Source of the DNA: Candidatus Saccharimonadota bacterium | GTDB taxonomy: Bacteria > Patescibacteriota > Saccharimonadia > Saccharimonadales > UBA10212 | DNA length: 64,000 bases | Direction of reading: 5' to 3' | NCBI GenBank assembly: GCA_025934715.1 | Contig: JAICWR010000002.1 | Location: forward strand, 152 to 64,151 | In this document: piece after piece, positions 47,288 through 57,731 of the stretch | How the letters are laid out: each line of letters opens with the position of its first letter | How positions within the stretch are numbered: the first letter of the stretch is position 1 | Made by a program: the position numbers and the translations under genes | Notes under the pieces: model-generated | What the model was told of the DNA's origin: nothing | Databases searched by the model: none | Seen by the model: the letters and a program-made list of their open reading frames with translations, nothing else

Positions 47288-48575
47288 ATACGGCATATAG
47301 TAAGGCGACAGCCCCGACGCCGGCAAGCACCAGCGGATGCATTCGGACAGCACTTGGAGTTCCGCCGCCCGGACCAGTATTCGTAGCGGCCGCCAGTACG
47401 GAGCCTTTTTTAGTGGACGAGCCACTGCCAGACGGGGCGCCGGACTTATTAGCCGGCGTGCTGACGAGATTGGCTTTTCCGGGCGTGGGCGTAGTTGTCC
47501 ATTGCCAAAGCCCACCGGCGCTCACCCAGGCGTAGTCGTCTTTCGCTCCTGTGTATTCATCTGTCTTATTAAGTACGTTCCCGGCCGGATCTAGCAATTT
47601 GACCTGCCCGTCACTGTTGCTTAGGCTGAGGTTGGTGTCTGATGAATAAAAGGCCGTGAATTGTTTGGGCTCGATGGTAGTACCATCCGGAAAAGTATAT
47701 TTATGTATGGTCGTGGTCCCAACCTGCAGAATGAACCCGCTTAAATCGAAGGGCTTGGCGTTGGAGTTATAAAGCTCAATGAACTCATCATTGGCATCGG
47801 TCTTCGGTGAGGCCGGGTTGGGCACAACTTCAGAAATCTGCGGCGCTTTTAAATCGGAATCGTCGGCCGGGATTGAACTCAATGTAGCTGACGCGGTGTT
47901 AACCGTGTAAGGAATGGGGGCAGAACCTGGCGCCAGAGACCCGCCGCCCAACGACCCGGAGGTCTGAGAAGGGCTGCAGGGCGAGTTGCCGTTAAGCTGC
48001 TTGACGCTCTGCCAGCCACCGTCCCCTGGAATTTGTATAAGCGACAGTTTTGATGAGCCGCCCGGCGCCTGGCGCTGTAAAAACGAACTGGCGTCGGCGG
48101 GCAGGGCTTGCGCCCCGGGAACCAATTTCTTAGACCAGCCGACATAGTCATCCAGGACACTGACCACGTGCGGGCTGTCGCCAAGATAGTGGCTGACCTG
48201 CAAGAAGCCGGCGGTTGTTGACAGGCCTAGCGACACCGAATTAACAGTCATCTGGTAGCAAGCCTGGATAGCGCCGTCGTTGACCACTGCATAGCCGTGG
48301 GGCGACAGCTGGCCGGTCAGTTTTACCAGCTTACTGCTGGTGGCCGACGCCAAATCATAATTGTTGAAGTACTGCAGCTGGATATTATTCAGGTCAATAG
48401 TGCCAGCCGTGTTGTTATAAAGCGTGATGAACTGGCCGTCGCTGGAGGTCACCTTAACCTGAGCGATAACCAGCTCCGGGCCCACCGGCGCCGATTCAGC
48501 TAACTTTATGCTCTTCCACCACCAAAAGCCGGCCGTGAGAAGAAACAATAGCAGTACTACAAAATATTTTCTCAT
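47211..48575 (-). CDS. Lamin-tail-domain surface protein with C-terminal TM
   Basis: ISEVVPNP...DEFIELYN; two LTD-like repeats; TPTPG. Confidence 0.85.
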   Translation of the reverse strand: MRKYFVVLLLFLLTAGFWWWKSIKLAESAPVGPELVIAQVKVTSSDGQFITLYNNTAGTIDLNNIQLQYFNNYDLASATSSKLVKLTGQLSPHGYAVVNDGAIQACYQMTVNSVSLGLSTTAGFLQVSHYLGDSPHVVSVLDDYVGWSKKLVPGAQALPADASSFLQRQAPGGSSKLSLIQIPGDGGWQSVKQLNGNSPCSPSQTSGSLGGGSLAPGSAPIPYTVNTASATLSSIPADDSDLKAPQISEVVPNPASPKTDANDEFIELYNSNAKPFDLSGFILQVGTTTIHKYTFPDGTTIEPKQFTAFYSSDTNLSLSNSDGQVKLLDPAGNVLNKTDEYTGAKDDYAWVSAGGLWQWTTTPTPGKANLVSTPANKSGAPSGSGSSTKKGSVLAAATNTGPGGGTPSAVRMHPLVLAGVGAVALLYAVYEYRHDLGNFFYKLRRNREARRTAG

Positions 48576-48686
48576 TTGTATCAATTATATCCCCTTGAAA
48601 CCTCAGAGAAAGTGCCTGTGCTAAAAACCGCTGGTGATATAAATCGTAGCAGCTCCAGCACTCTGAAGTTATACTTAGGCTTAATT

Positions 48687-49217
48687 ATGCTGATGCTTAG
48701 TAAAGGCCTGCTTAACCAGCCGGTCATAAGCTTGAGGTCGGGCGGCCAGATCGCCACGGCGCTCGAGCCGGTCATCAATCCCCATAATCTTAAGGTCCTG
48801 GGCTGGTGGTGCGAAGGGCCCGGCGGCCGGCGGGAAGTGCTGCTGGTGGATGATGTCCGTCAGACGATGCCCAATGGCCTGGCCGTGAATGACGAATCAG
48901 ATTTAAGCTTGCCCGAAGATTTGGTGCGGCATGGCGAAATCCTAAACACCCGTTTTCAGCTACTGGAAAAACCAGTCAAAACCAAGCGCCAAAGGCTGGG
49001 CAAAGTCAGCGACTATAGTTATAACGAGGGGATGTTTGTCCAAAAGCTATATGTAGCGCGGCCGCTACACAAGGTGTTCACGTCTGACGACACTTTAATT
49101 ATCGACCGTACCCAGATCTTGGAGGTCACCGACCATTACATCCTGGTGCGCGACACTGAGATAAAGGCTACGGCCGAGGAAGTTGCCAGAGCCGGCGCCG
49201 CTGTGCCCTCCGGATAA
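48687..49217 (+). CDS. PRC-barrel-like protein
   Basis: Two PRC-like halves (PVISLRSG, PVKT..QRLGKVSDY). Confidence 0.7.
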   Translation: MLMLSKGLLNQPVISLRSGGQIATALEPVINPHNLKVLGWWCEGPGGRREVLLVDDVRQTMPNGLAVNDESDLSLPEDLVRHGEILNTRFQLLEKPVKTKRQRLGKVSDYSYNEGMFVQKLYVARPLHKVFTSDDTLIIDRTQILEVTDHYILVRDTEIKATAEEVARAGAAVPSG

Positions 49218-49231
49218 AATCACTTAACTTG

Positions 49232-49843
49232 TTAGGTATCTTCGCGGTCTGATAAAAGCTCCTGTTTAACCAGGTTCCAGCTGAATCCTTGACCCGTTAA
49301 GTATTTGGCGAGCTTGTTAGGGTCGTTTTTATAGCGGCTAAGTTTGGCCTTCTTCTCTATCACTGATTTTAGCCGCTGTTCTTCCCCGCCGGCATTTTGC
49401 GACATTGTTTCGTCGGCCAGCTCCCGCCCGATGCCTTTTTTGAACAATTCGGCCCGAATAGCCCGGTCGCTCTTGCCGCGGCGGGCCTGCAGTTCTGTGA
49501 ACCACTCCGCGAATTTAGCGTTATCTAAATAACCCTTTTCAGTCATCTCTTTAACCAGGCCGTCGATCTGCTCCGGTTCGATTTTTTTGCGGAATAAGTA
49601 ATCGCGGAATTCGCGCTCCGAATGCGGCCGGTTCATCAGCCATTCGAGCGCCCGGGCTCTAAGCTTGCCATCGGCACTGATTTTTTTAAATTGTTTGACT
49701 TCAGGCCCATCCAGTTCATCATCATTCTTGAGCTTATGCTTCACCAACTCGTCCAGGCTTAATGAGAACTCGTACCTACCATCAATGAAGATGCTGACCC
49801 GCTCCGGGTTCTTAACTTGCTGCTTGATAGCGGTTATTTTCAT
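49232..49843 (-). CDS. recX: Regulatory protein RecX
   Basis: RPHSERE, GYLDNAKFA, ELFKKGI; downstream of recA. Confidence 0.9.
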   Translation of the reverse strand: MKITAIKQQVKNPERVSIFIDGRYEFSLSLDELVKHKLKNDDELDGPEVKQFKKISADGKLRARALEWLMNRPHSEREFRDYLFRKKIEPEQIDGLVKEMTEKGYLDNAKFAEWFTELQARRGKSDRAIRAELFKKGIGRELADETMSQNAGGEEQRLKSVIEKKAKLSRYKNDPNKLAKYLTGQGFSWNLVKQELLSDREDT

Positions 49844-49846
49844 GGG

Positions 49847-50302
49847 CTAATGCTGAATGTGAAGAATTAGAAAAACCATCAGCGCGAACCAGATGGCCTC
49901 AACATATATACCCCGGCTGGTCTCGCTTAATTGGATCCATAGATGCCACCGCCGTAACTTATTGATTAGACTTTTCTTATTCCCTTTGATGGAAGGTTTG
50001 CCCCTGACATAAAATCTCAGCCACATCGAATCTGGGAGTATGGCCAGCAAACCGCCCGTGATTATCAGCCAGGCCTTGGCGTCGACGAAAAGTGTCAGGA
50101 CAAACAGCAGCCAAACACTTAGAATCAGGTCCATAACCATGATCACTTGCTTGGCCCGCAAACCGCCGGGCACTTTATAGTCCCAATGCGGTATGACATC
50201 AATAGCGAAATGGCTGAGCAGGGCTGCCGGCAGGGCGATCGCTGGTTTATCAATAGCCGCAGCCACTAAAGCGCCGGTCATAGCATGGTTGAGCCCGGTC
50301 AT
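49847..50302 (-). CDS. Hypothetical membrane protein with His/Asp metal-binding-like motifs
   Basis: NHAMTG, SHFAIDVIPH, LPD, WHLWIQ. Confidence 0.75.
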   Translation of the reverse strand: MTGLNHAMTGALVAAAIDKPAIALPAALLSHFAIDVIPHWDYKVPGGLRAKQVIMVMDLILSVWLLFVLTLFVDAKAWLIITGGLLAILPDSMWLRFYVRGKPSIKGNKKSLINKLRRWHLWIQLSETSRGIYVEAIWFALMVFLILHIQH

Positions 50303-50313
50303 AGATATATATT

Positions 50314-51336
50314 TTACTGGCTGGCTTGGGCGGTCTCAACCGTGGCTTTGGCGATTTCGCTGAAAACCTTGGGGTTTTCGGACAAATATTTTTTGGCGGC
50401 TTCGCGCCCCTGGGCGATTTTTTCGCCTTTATATTCGTACCAGGCGCCGGACTTTTGGACAATGTCGTGGGCGGCGGCCAGATCAATAAGGTCGCCCTCT
50501 TTGCTGATGCCCTGGTTATACATGATGTCGAACTCGGCTTCGCGGAACGGCGGCGCCACTTTATTTTTAACGATTTTGACTCGGACGTGGTTACCAATCA
50601 CGCTGTCGCCCTGTTTGATCTGGCTGATGCGGCGGATGTCCATGCGGACAGAAGCGTAAAATTTCAGGGCGTTGCCGCCGGTGGTGGTCTCTGGGTTACC
50701 AAACATCACGCCGATTTTCATGCGCAGCTGGTTAACAAAGATGACTGTGGTTTTGCTGCGGTTGATTACACCAGTGAGCTTGCGCAAAGCCTGGCTCATC
50801 AGGCGGGCCTGCAGGCCCATGTGGGCGTCGCCCATGTCGCCTTCGATTTCGGCCTGGGGCACCAGCGCGGCCACTGAGTCCACCACGATGATATCGACGG
50901 CATTGGAGCGCACCAGCGTCTCGACGACTTCCAGCGCCTGCTCGCCGCTGTCGGGCTGGGAAATCAGCAGGTTTTCAACGTTCACGCCCAGGCGTTTGGC
51001 GTAAGCCGGGTCCAAGGCGTGCTCGGCGTCAACATAGGCCGCGGTGCCGCCGGCTTTTTGGACTTCGGCCACGGCATGCAGGCAAACGGTCGTCTTACCA
51101 GAACTCTCCGGCCCGTAAATTTCAATAATCCGGCCTTTAGGAATACCGCCGCCCAGTGCTAAATCTAAGCTGATAGAGCCAGAAGGTATCGTCTCCACAT
51201 TCACGGCATGGGCCTCTCCCAGTCGCATAATACTGCCCTTACCGAATTGCTTCTCGATCTGGTCAACGGCCAACTGCAGCGCCTGGCTCTTGCCGCTGCC
51301 GGCCGCCGGGGCGTCTTTAACCTTCTTCTCTGCCAT
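50314..51336 (-). CDS. recA: Recombinase A
   Basis: [25 protein letters not shown]. Confidence 0.99.
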   Translation of the reverse strand: MAEKKVKDAPAAGSGKSQALQLAVDQIEKQFGKGSIMRLGEAHAVNVETIPSGSISLDLALGGGIPKGRIIEIYGPESSGKTTVCLHAVAEVQKAGGTAAYVDAEHALDPAYAKRLGVNVENLLISQPDSGEQALEVVETLVRSNAVDIIVVDSVAALVPQAEIEGDMGDAHMGLQARLMSQALRKLTGVINRSKTTVIFVNQLRMKIGVMFGNPETTTGGNALKFYASVRMDIRRISQIKQGDSVIGNHVRVKIVKNKVAPPFREAEFDIMYNQGISKEGDLIDLAAAHDIVQKSGAWYEYKGEKIAQGREAAKKYLSENPKVFSEIAKATVETAQASQ

Positions 51337-51450
51337 TTCTTCCTCCTACCTCAGACAAATATTCTACATATAGTATATCAGCCCTAACAGTTTAGAAACT
51401 CCTTGCGTTTATTTCTGTATTCTTTTCTCAATTCATTTATACTTATGCTT

Positions 51451-53253
51451 ATGCGTATTAGCGACGCTCTAGTGATTACATTGCTAAAGGAGAGTCGTAA
51501 AGTTACCGATGAGCAGATCCATGGTCTGCTTGAACAGGAAAAAACCGAAAAAAAACCACTGCAGGACATCGTCATCAAAAACAATGTCCTGCCCGAAGCC
51601 GACCTGACTAAACTTTACGCCGCCAAGATCGACGTTCCGTTCGTTGAGCTGGTGCCCCGAAACCTGCGCAAAGAAGTGTTCGGGTTGATCCCCGAGCATA
51701 TCGCCCGGCAATATAATGCTGTTTTGTTCGATGTCAAACCCGACGGCACGCGGTACCTGGCAATGGAAGACCCGGATGACATCCAGGCCTTCAGTTTCCT
51801 GCAAAAACAGTTGGGCTCCAATATAAGGCTGTTCATAGCCACCCGGTCCAATATCCTCTCGGCCCTGGACCAGTACCGGACAAACATCGGCAGCGAACTG
51901 ACCCAAGTGATTGCCGATAATGAAACCGGCGCACAGGCGCCCGAAGAAGAGGTGTCTGAAGCAGAAGTCGCCGAAGACAGCCCGGTGGCCAAAACCGTCA
52001 ACCTGATAATCGAATACGCTATTAAGCAAGGCGCTAGTGACATACACATCGAGCCGCATGAAGATTTCGTGTCAATCCGCTACCGCATCGATGGCCAGCT
52101 GCGCGAGACTAACCGGCTGCCTAAGAAAATCATCTCCGCGCTGGTCAGCCGCATCAAAATCCTGTCCAACTTGAAAATCGATGAACGCCGGGCGCCGCAA
52201 GACGGACGGTTTAAGGTGGCGTTCGGCAGCGGTGAGTACGCCCTGCGCGTCAGCACCCTGCCGATTGTCGACGGTGAAAAAGTCGTGATGCGTATCTTGG
52301 ATGAATCAACCCGCGCCTCATCACTTAAGGAGCTGGGGTTTTGGGGAAAGAACCTTGAATCGCTCGAGAAAGCTCTGACCAGCCCCCATGGAATGATACT
52401 GTTCACCGGCCCGACCGGTTCCGGAAAGAGCACGAGCCTATTCAGCATCTTAAGCCGGCTGAACCAGCCGTCAGTGAACATCAGCACCGTGGAAGACCCG
52501 GTGGAGTACAAGATACCAGGCGTGAACCAGGTGCAGGTCAACCCGCAAGCCGGCATGACTTTTGCCAACGGGCTGCGGGCTCTGTTGCGCCAGGACCCGA
52601 ATATCATCATGGTTGGCGAGATCCGCGACAGTGAAACCGCCAATCTGGCTATCCAGGCCGCCTTGACCGGGCACCTGGTTTTTTCAACCCTTCACACCAA
52701 CAATGCCTCCACCGCGCTGCCCCGCTTGCTGGACATGGGTATCGAACCGTTCTTGATCGCCAGCACCATGCGGGCGGTCATCGCCCAGCGCCTGGTGCGC
52801 CGACTTGTCCCTGAAAACACCGAAATCTATCACCCGGATGAAACCACCGTCAAGCGGATCCGCACAGCCTTCGGCCTTAACGATTCAGCGTCGATGGACC
52901 GCATCCATAAGCTGGAACAGCAGTTCGTCCAATCCGATTTGGATATGGTGCTTAACAGCTCCAAGCCCATAGCCCACGCCGAACCCTCTAGCAACGGACA
53001 GACCATCAGTAAGCTGTGGCGGCTGAAAGGCCAAAGCGGTGCGACTTCCTTCCGCGGCCGGCTGGGAATATATGAAGTTTTGCCGATCAGCCTGCCTATC
53101 CAGAAACTTATCATCGGCGGCGCGCCGAGCGAGGAAATCCAGGTCGAAGCCATCAAAGAAGGTATGATATCCATGCAGACCGATGGTTTGATCAAAGCCT
53201 TGCAGGGCCAGACTACCCTTGAAGAAATAATGAGAGTGACCAGCGAGCGGTAA
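51451..53253 (+). CDS. pilB: Type IV pilus assembly ATPase PilB/GspE
   Basis: ASDIHIEP, GPTGSGKS, LRQDPNIIMVGEIRD, TGHLVFSTLH. Confidence 0.92.
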   Translation: MRISDALVITLLKESRKVTDEQIHGLLEQEKTEKKPLQDIVIKNNVLPEADLTKLYAAKIDVPFVELVPRNLRKEVFGLIPEHIARQYNAVLFDVKPDGTRYLAMEDPDDIQAFSFLQKQLGSNIRLFIATRSNILSALDQYRTNIGSELTQVIADNETGAQAPEEEVSEAEVAEDSPVAKTVNLIIEYAIKQGASDIHIEPHEDFVSIRYRIDGQLRETNRLPKKIISALVSRIKILSNLKIDERRAPQDGRFKVAFGSGEYALRVSTLPIVDGEKVVMRILDESTRASSLKELGFWGKNLESLEKALTSPHGMILFTGPTGSGKSTSLFSILSRLNQPSVNISTVEDPVEYKIPGVNQVQVNPQAGMTFANGLRALLRQDPNIIMVGEIRDSETANLAIQAALTGHLVFSTLHTNNASTALPRLLDMGIEPFLIASTMRAVIAQRLVRRLVPENTEIYHPDETTVKRIRTAFGLNDSASMDRIHKLEQQFVQSDLDMVLNSSKPIAHAEPSSNGQTISKLWRLKGQSGATSFRGRLGIYEVLPISLPIQKLIIGGAPSEEIQVEAIKEGMISMQTDGLIKALQGQTTLEEIMRVTSER

Positions 53254-53254
53254 A

Positions 53255-54475
53255 ATGGCAGTTTATTCTTACAGCGCTTTAAACAATCAGGGGCAGCATG
53301 TCAGCGGCACAATCACTGCCACCAACCGCGATGAAGCCGTCAAGAGCCTGCGCCAGCAGGGTAGCCACCCGCTGACGGTCAAAGAGGCCAAGCAGGCGGC
53401 CTTTAACTTGTCTCTTGGCAGTCGCAAGGTTAAAAGTAAGGATCTGGTGATTTTCACGCGCGAACTTTCAACCATGGTCAGCGCCGGAGTGGCTTTGCCC
53501 AAGATTTTGGACACCTTGGCCGGACAGGCCGAAAACAAATACTTTAAGGAGGTCATCACTGGCATCAACCACGACGTGGAAAGCGGCGCGCCGCTGGCCG
53601 ATGCCATGGCTAAATATCCAAATGTCTTCAGCGACGTTTACATCAACATGGTCCGGGCCGGCGAATCCGGCGGTATCTTAGATGAGATTTTAAAGCGGCT
53701 GGCCCGCCAGGAAGAAAAAGACGCCGCCATTAAAGCCAAGGTCAAAAGCGCCACGACGTATCCGATGGTTCTGCTGGCGATCACAGTCATCGCGTTCTTT
53801 ATCCTGACGGTTTTCGTGGTGCCCAAAATCGGGGCGCTGGTGCTGAATCTGGGCGGCCCGCACGCCAAACTACCGCCCCAAACCGTCGCCATGCTGGCTG
53901 TCAGCAAATTCATCCGCCACCAATGGTATTTGGTGTTGCTGATAATCGTCGGCGGGCCGCTATCTGTGAACCGCTGGCGCAAGACGCCTAAAGGCAAGCC
54001 CAGATTTGACGCGCTAATGCTAAGGGTGCCGATTTTCAAGACGATTGTCAGTAAAGTGGCCATCGCCCGCTTTGCCAGGACTTTCGCTTCACTGATGGGC
54101 GCCGGCGTCACCGTTTTGGAATCCCTCCAGGTCACCTCGCACGCCATCGGTAATTTTGTGATTGAGCAGGAACTGCTCAAAGCCTCCAGCGAAGTCCGGG
54201 AGGGCCGGCAGCTATCCCAGGCTTTGGCTAAAAGCCAACTGTTCCCGCCGATTGTCAGCCAGATGCTGGCAGTCGGTGAAGAAACCGGCAAGACCGATGA
54301 AGTGTTGGCTAAAGTCGCTGACTTCTATGAGGAAGAGGTTGATTCGGTCATCGATAGCTTGAGCTCCATTTTGGAGCCGATCATGATAGTCATAATGGGC
54401 AGCATGGTCGGCCTGATCGCCATAAGCGTCATTGGCCCGATCACCAGCTTGAACCAAACCTTGCAGCAGCAATAG
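53255..54475 (+). CDS. pilC: Type IV pilus platform protein PilC/GspF
   Basis: FTRELSTM, AGESGG, VGEETG, LEPIMIV. Confidence 0.93.
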   Translation: MAVYSYSALNNQGQHVSGTITATNRDEAVKSLRQQGSHPLTVKEAKQAAFNLSLGSRKVKSKDLVIFTRELSTMVSAGVALPKILDTLAGQAENKYFKEVITGINHDVESGAPLADAMAKYPNVFSDVYINMVRAGESGGILDEILKRLARQEEKDAAIKAKVKSATTYPMVLLAITVIAFFILTVFVVPKIGALVLNLGGPHAKLPPQTVAMLAVSKFIRHQWYLVLLIIVGGPLSVNRWRKTPKGKPRFDALMLRVPIFKTIVSKVAIARFARTFASLMGAGVTVLESLQVTSHAIGNFVIEQELLKASSEVREGRQLSQALAKSQLFPPIVSQMLAVGEETGKTDEVLAKVADFYEEEVDSVIDSLSSILEPIMIVIMGSMVGLIAISVIGPITSLNQTLQQQ

Positions 54476-54617
54476 CCTGGCTGTTAAGCCATCTTAAACT
54501 TGACAGATAAGCGGGGTTTGTCGATAATCATAAGCATTAAGCAAAAAACCTAGAATAAGAAGGTAATAAAAAGCTTAACTTCACGTAAGACAAGACCTTA
54601 AAGGAGGGTGGCATCTC

Positions 54618-55085
54618 ATGAAGTTAAAAACAATTAGAAACAGTAAGGGTTTCACGATCGTTGAACTCCTTATCGTAATCATCATCATCGGCATCCTGGC
54701 CGCCCTGGTGCTTAACAGCTTCCGCGGGGTGCAGGAACGGGCCCGTGATACCGAAAGGCAAACAGATATCAATGCCCAGCAATCACAGCTGGAAGTTTAC
54801 TTCACCGACAACGGCGAATATCCAACGTTGGCGAACGTGCAGGATGATGGCTGGATCAGCGGCAACTTGAAAGGGGCCGACCTGAACGCCTGGCGGGCAC
54901 CGAACCAAACCACAAACAGTGAAAACGGCACCGCAACCCCCACCAAGGACCAGTACGGTTACGTCGTGACCAACGACAGCGGCACTTCCTGTGACAACAC
55001 CACAGGCAACGAATGTGCCCACTATAAGCTGTACTACATGACCGAAAACAATCCCACAGTCAAAGAAAAAGACAGCCTGAACTAA
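54618..55085 (+). CDS. Type IV pilin (probable major pilin)
   Basis: KG|FTIVELLIVIIIIGILAA; strong SD, own promoter region and terminator. Confidence 0.92.
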   Translation: MKLKTIRNSKGFTIVELLIVIIIIGILAALVLNSFRGVQERARDTERQTDINAQQSQLEVYFTDNGEYPTLANVQDDGWISGNLKGADLNAWRAPNQTTNSENGTATPTKDQYGYVVTNDSGTSCDNTTGNECAHYKLYYMTENNPTVKEKDSLN

Positions 55086-55100
55086 GCCGGCCTGACGGCT

Positions 55101-55140
55101 AAGAACTCCCCTGCCAGTGCTCGCCAGGGGAGTTCTTATT
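55101..55140 (+). terminator. Hairpin/terminator after the pilin gene
   Basis: AAGAACTCCCCTG...CAGGGGAGTTCTT. Confidence 0.7.
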
Positions 55141-55174
55141 AGGCCGGACCTGAGTTACTATTAACATAAGCCTT

Positions 55175-55567
55175 ATGAAAACAAACCGCCAGAGTGGGTT
55201 CACCGTCGTCGAACTGGTTGTGACTATAGTGGCCGCCGGCGTCATCATACCGGCCGTAGCCCTGGCGCTAGCGAATGTAATCGGCATTAATCACCGCGCC
55301 CGTGACCTAACTTTGGCCAGCAGCGTGGCCCAAACCGAAACAGAGACATTGCGTAGTGTCGGTTATAACAGCCTAAGCACCGGTACGACCAGTTTCACTG
55401 GCCAGCTGCCGGCAGCCATGGGCAGCCCTAAAAGCGCCAGTTACACCATCAGCGCTCCAGAAACCGGCGTGAAGCAGATCGATATCACCATTTCTTATAG
55501 CGACTACGGCGCTTCCCATACCTTCACTTACCGGTCCTATATCAGTGAGTTAGGGGTCGGCCAGTGA
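55175..55567 (+). CDS. Minor pilin (PilV-like)
   Basis: SG|FTVVELVV. Confidence 0.88.
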   Translation: MKTNRQSGFTVVELVVTIVAAGVIIPAVALALANVIGINHRARDLTLASSVAQTETETLRSVGYNSLSTGTTSFTGQLPAAMGSPKSASYTISAPETGVKQIDITISYSDYGASHTFTYRSYISELGVGQ

Positions 55568-56229
55568 GTGTCAGGCGCAGCCAACTGGGCTTCACCATCA
55601 CCGAGCTGGTCATTGCGATCACGGTGGCCGGTATTCTGGCCGGCGCCATTTTCGTAGCGACCTTCGATTATTACGCCGACGTCAACCGCTCCCAGGTGGC
55701 CACAGACGAAGCTTTGTCGTCGCAATCCATCTTAAACCAGATGACCAGTGATATCCGACTGGCGGACGCCATATCCAGCACCAACACTATCACCGACCCC
55801 AATGCACCGGCTGGCGGCTGGGTGACCAGTAACCCCAGCAATGTGATCATCATCGAAAGCCCGGCGACAGATTCTAGCCGTAATATCATCTACAATCCTG
55901 ACACCGGGTTCCCATACCGCAACGAGTTCATCTACTTTGTCAGCGGCAGCAGTATGTACAAGCGGGTTCTGGCTAACACATCGGCGCCCGGCAACACCGC
56001 CGTCACCACCTGTCCGCAATCCCTGTCCAGCCCAACCTGCCCGCCCGACGCCCTCTTCAGCGACCATGTCAATAATCTAAGTTTCACGTTCTACGACTCA
56101 TCCGATAATAGCACCTCGGATGCCACCAAGGCCCGTTCTGTGCTGCTCGACGTGAACCTGGGACAGAAGGTGTATGGCAGAGACGTGACATTGAGCAACC
56201 AAGCCAGAATCACACTGAGGAACCAATGA
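55564..56229 (+). CDS. Minor pilin (PilW-like)
   Basis: LG|FTITELVI. Confidence 0.88.
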   Translation: MSVRRSQLGFTITELVIAITVAGILAGAIFVATFDYYADVNRSQVATDEALSSQSILNQMTSDIRLADAISSTNTITDPNAPAGGWVTSNPSNVIIIESPATDSSRNIIYNPDTGFPYRNEFIYFVSGSSMYKRVLANTSAPGNTAVTTCPQSLSSPTCPPDALFSDHVNNLSFTFYDSSDNSTSDATKARSVLLDVNLGQKVYGRDVTLSNQARITLRNQ

Positions 56230-57656
56230 TGAAACTGGCTAACTCAAATTATTTTAGGATAAGAGCCAAGCCGCAGGACGGTTTTATCTTACCCGTGCTG
56301 CTGGTTACCGGTGTGATGCTGGTCTTGATGATCATCGCTATCACCAGTGAATCGGTGACCAACCAGACGGCTGCCGAACACGATTACTACGCCACGGAGG
56401 CCCAGCTGGCGGCCGACGCTGGGCTCGATGAAGCCATGCACGAGATGAACACCCAGACCGGTTGGACCGGGACCGGCGGCGATGTGACATTGCTAAATGA
56501 TGCCGCCCGCAACCTCAAAACCACCTACAACGTGGTGGTTAATGACGGCGGCGATAGTATCGATAAGACCTTGGTGGTGACCGCCAAAACCTATTTCCCG
56601 GCCAGCGCCACCAGCCCTAAAGTCACCCGCAAGTACGCCATGGATATCCAAGCAGTGACAACTGGGACCGGCGCTGCTTCGGTCGTCACCGGTGTCGGAG
56701 GTCTAGTCATGAACGGCAATTCTAAAGTATCAGGCGGCGACGTGATCGTGGACGGAACCATCACTATGAGCAACAATTCCCAAATCGGATTAAGCACAAA
56801 TCCCGTAAACGTCCGGGTAGCTGACCAAGCATGCCCCAAGCCGGCCGATAGTACCTACCCCCAGGTTTGCTCCGGCGGCGGCCAGCCAATCACGATGGGC
56901 ACAACCAGTTTTATATACGGAAATGTCCAGGCTAAAAACCAGACGACCGGCACTAACATGTTGAACCCTGGGCTGGTGGCTTGTTCGGGAACCAGCTGCG
57001 ACCCCGTGCCGATGCCATCTTTTGACCGTACCGGCTTCAAAAACACTGTGAACGGGTCCGGACAGACCATGACTGGTGCCGCTGCCTCAAATTGCCCCAA
57101 CGGTGGTACCATCAGCTGGCCGGCTAATGTTAAAATCACCGGCAACGTCAGCATCCAAAACAAATGCACCATCAAAATAAACGGCAATGTCTGGGTTACT
57201 GGTTCCGTTGCCATCCAAAATAACGCCAACTTCGTTGTCCAAGATTCGGTTGGCACTACCTATCCTGACGTGGTTGTCGATGGCCAAAGCGGCTTTATTA
57301 TTGGCAACAAGGGCTCGATAACCCCCAACAGCCAAGGTACAAGCATGGAGGTGCTGACTTTTTGGAGCAGTGGAGCATGTTCGCCAGATTGTAGCAGTGT
57401 TACAGGCACCAGTCTTTATAGTAGCCAGCAGGCTACTACCATTAATCTCAGTAATACCGGCTCGGCGCCAGGCGCGATTTTATATGCTTATTGGTCCGAG
57501 GTGCAGCTGAGCAATAATGGATCGCTTGGGGCGGTTTCCGGACAAACGGTTTCTCTGGGCAACAATGCCGTAATAACGTTTGGGACGGCCGTTCCTGGTA
57601 GCGACAATCAAATCACCACCTGGGTCAAGCGTGGTTACATGCGGCAGTATAACTAG
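56226..57656 (+). CDS. PilX-like large minor pilin with C-terminal beta-rich domain
   Basis: DG|FILPVLL lacking E5; AQLAADAG. Confidence 0.82.
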   Translation: MMKLANSNYFRIRAKPQDGFILPVLLVTGVMLVLMIIAITSESVTNQTAAEHDYYATEAQLAADAGLDEAMHEMNTQTGWTGTGGDVTLLNDAARNLKTTYNVVVNDGGDSIDKTLVVTAKTYFPASATSPKVTRKYAMDIQAVTTGTGAASVVTGVGGLVMNGNSKVSGGDVIVDGTITMSNNSQIGLSTNPVNVRVADQACPKPADSTYPQVCSGGGQPITMGTTSFIYGNVQAKNQTTGTNMLNPGLVACSGTSCDPVPMPSFDRTGFKNTVNGSGQTMTGAAASNCPNGGTISWPANVKITGNVSIQNKCTIKINGNVWVTGSVAIQNNANFVVQDSVGTTYPDVVVDGQSGFIIGNKGSITPNSQGTSMEVLTFWSSGACSPDCSSVTGTSLYSSQQATTINLSNTGSAPGAILYAYWSEVQLSNNGSLGAVSGQTVSLGNNAVITFGTAVPGSDNQITTWVKRGYMRQYN

Positions 57657-57731
57657 GGTCAAAACACCTTATTTGTGATATACTCAGCCTGAAACGCAAC
57701 GGTAACTAAGAGTGGGCCAAAATAAAGACCA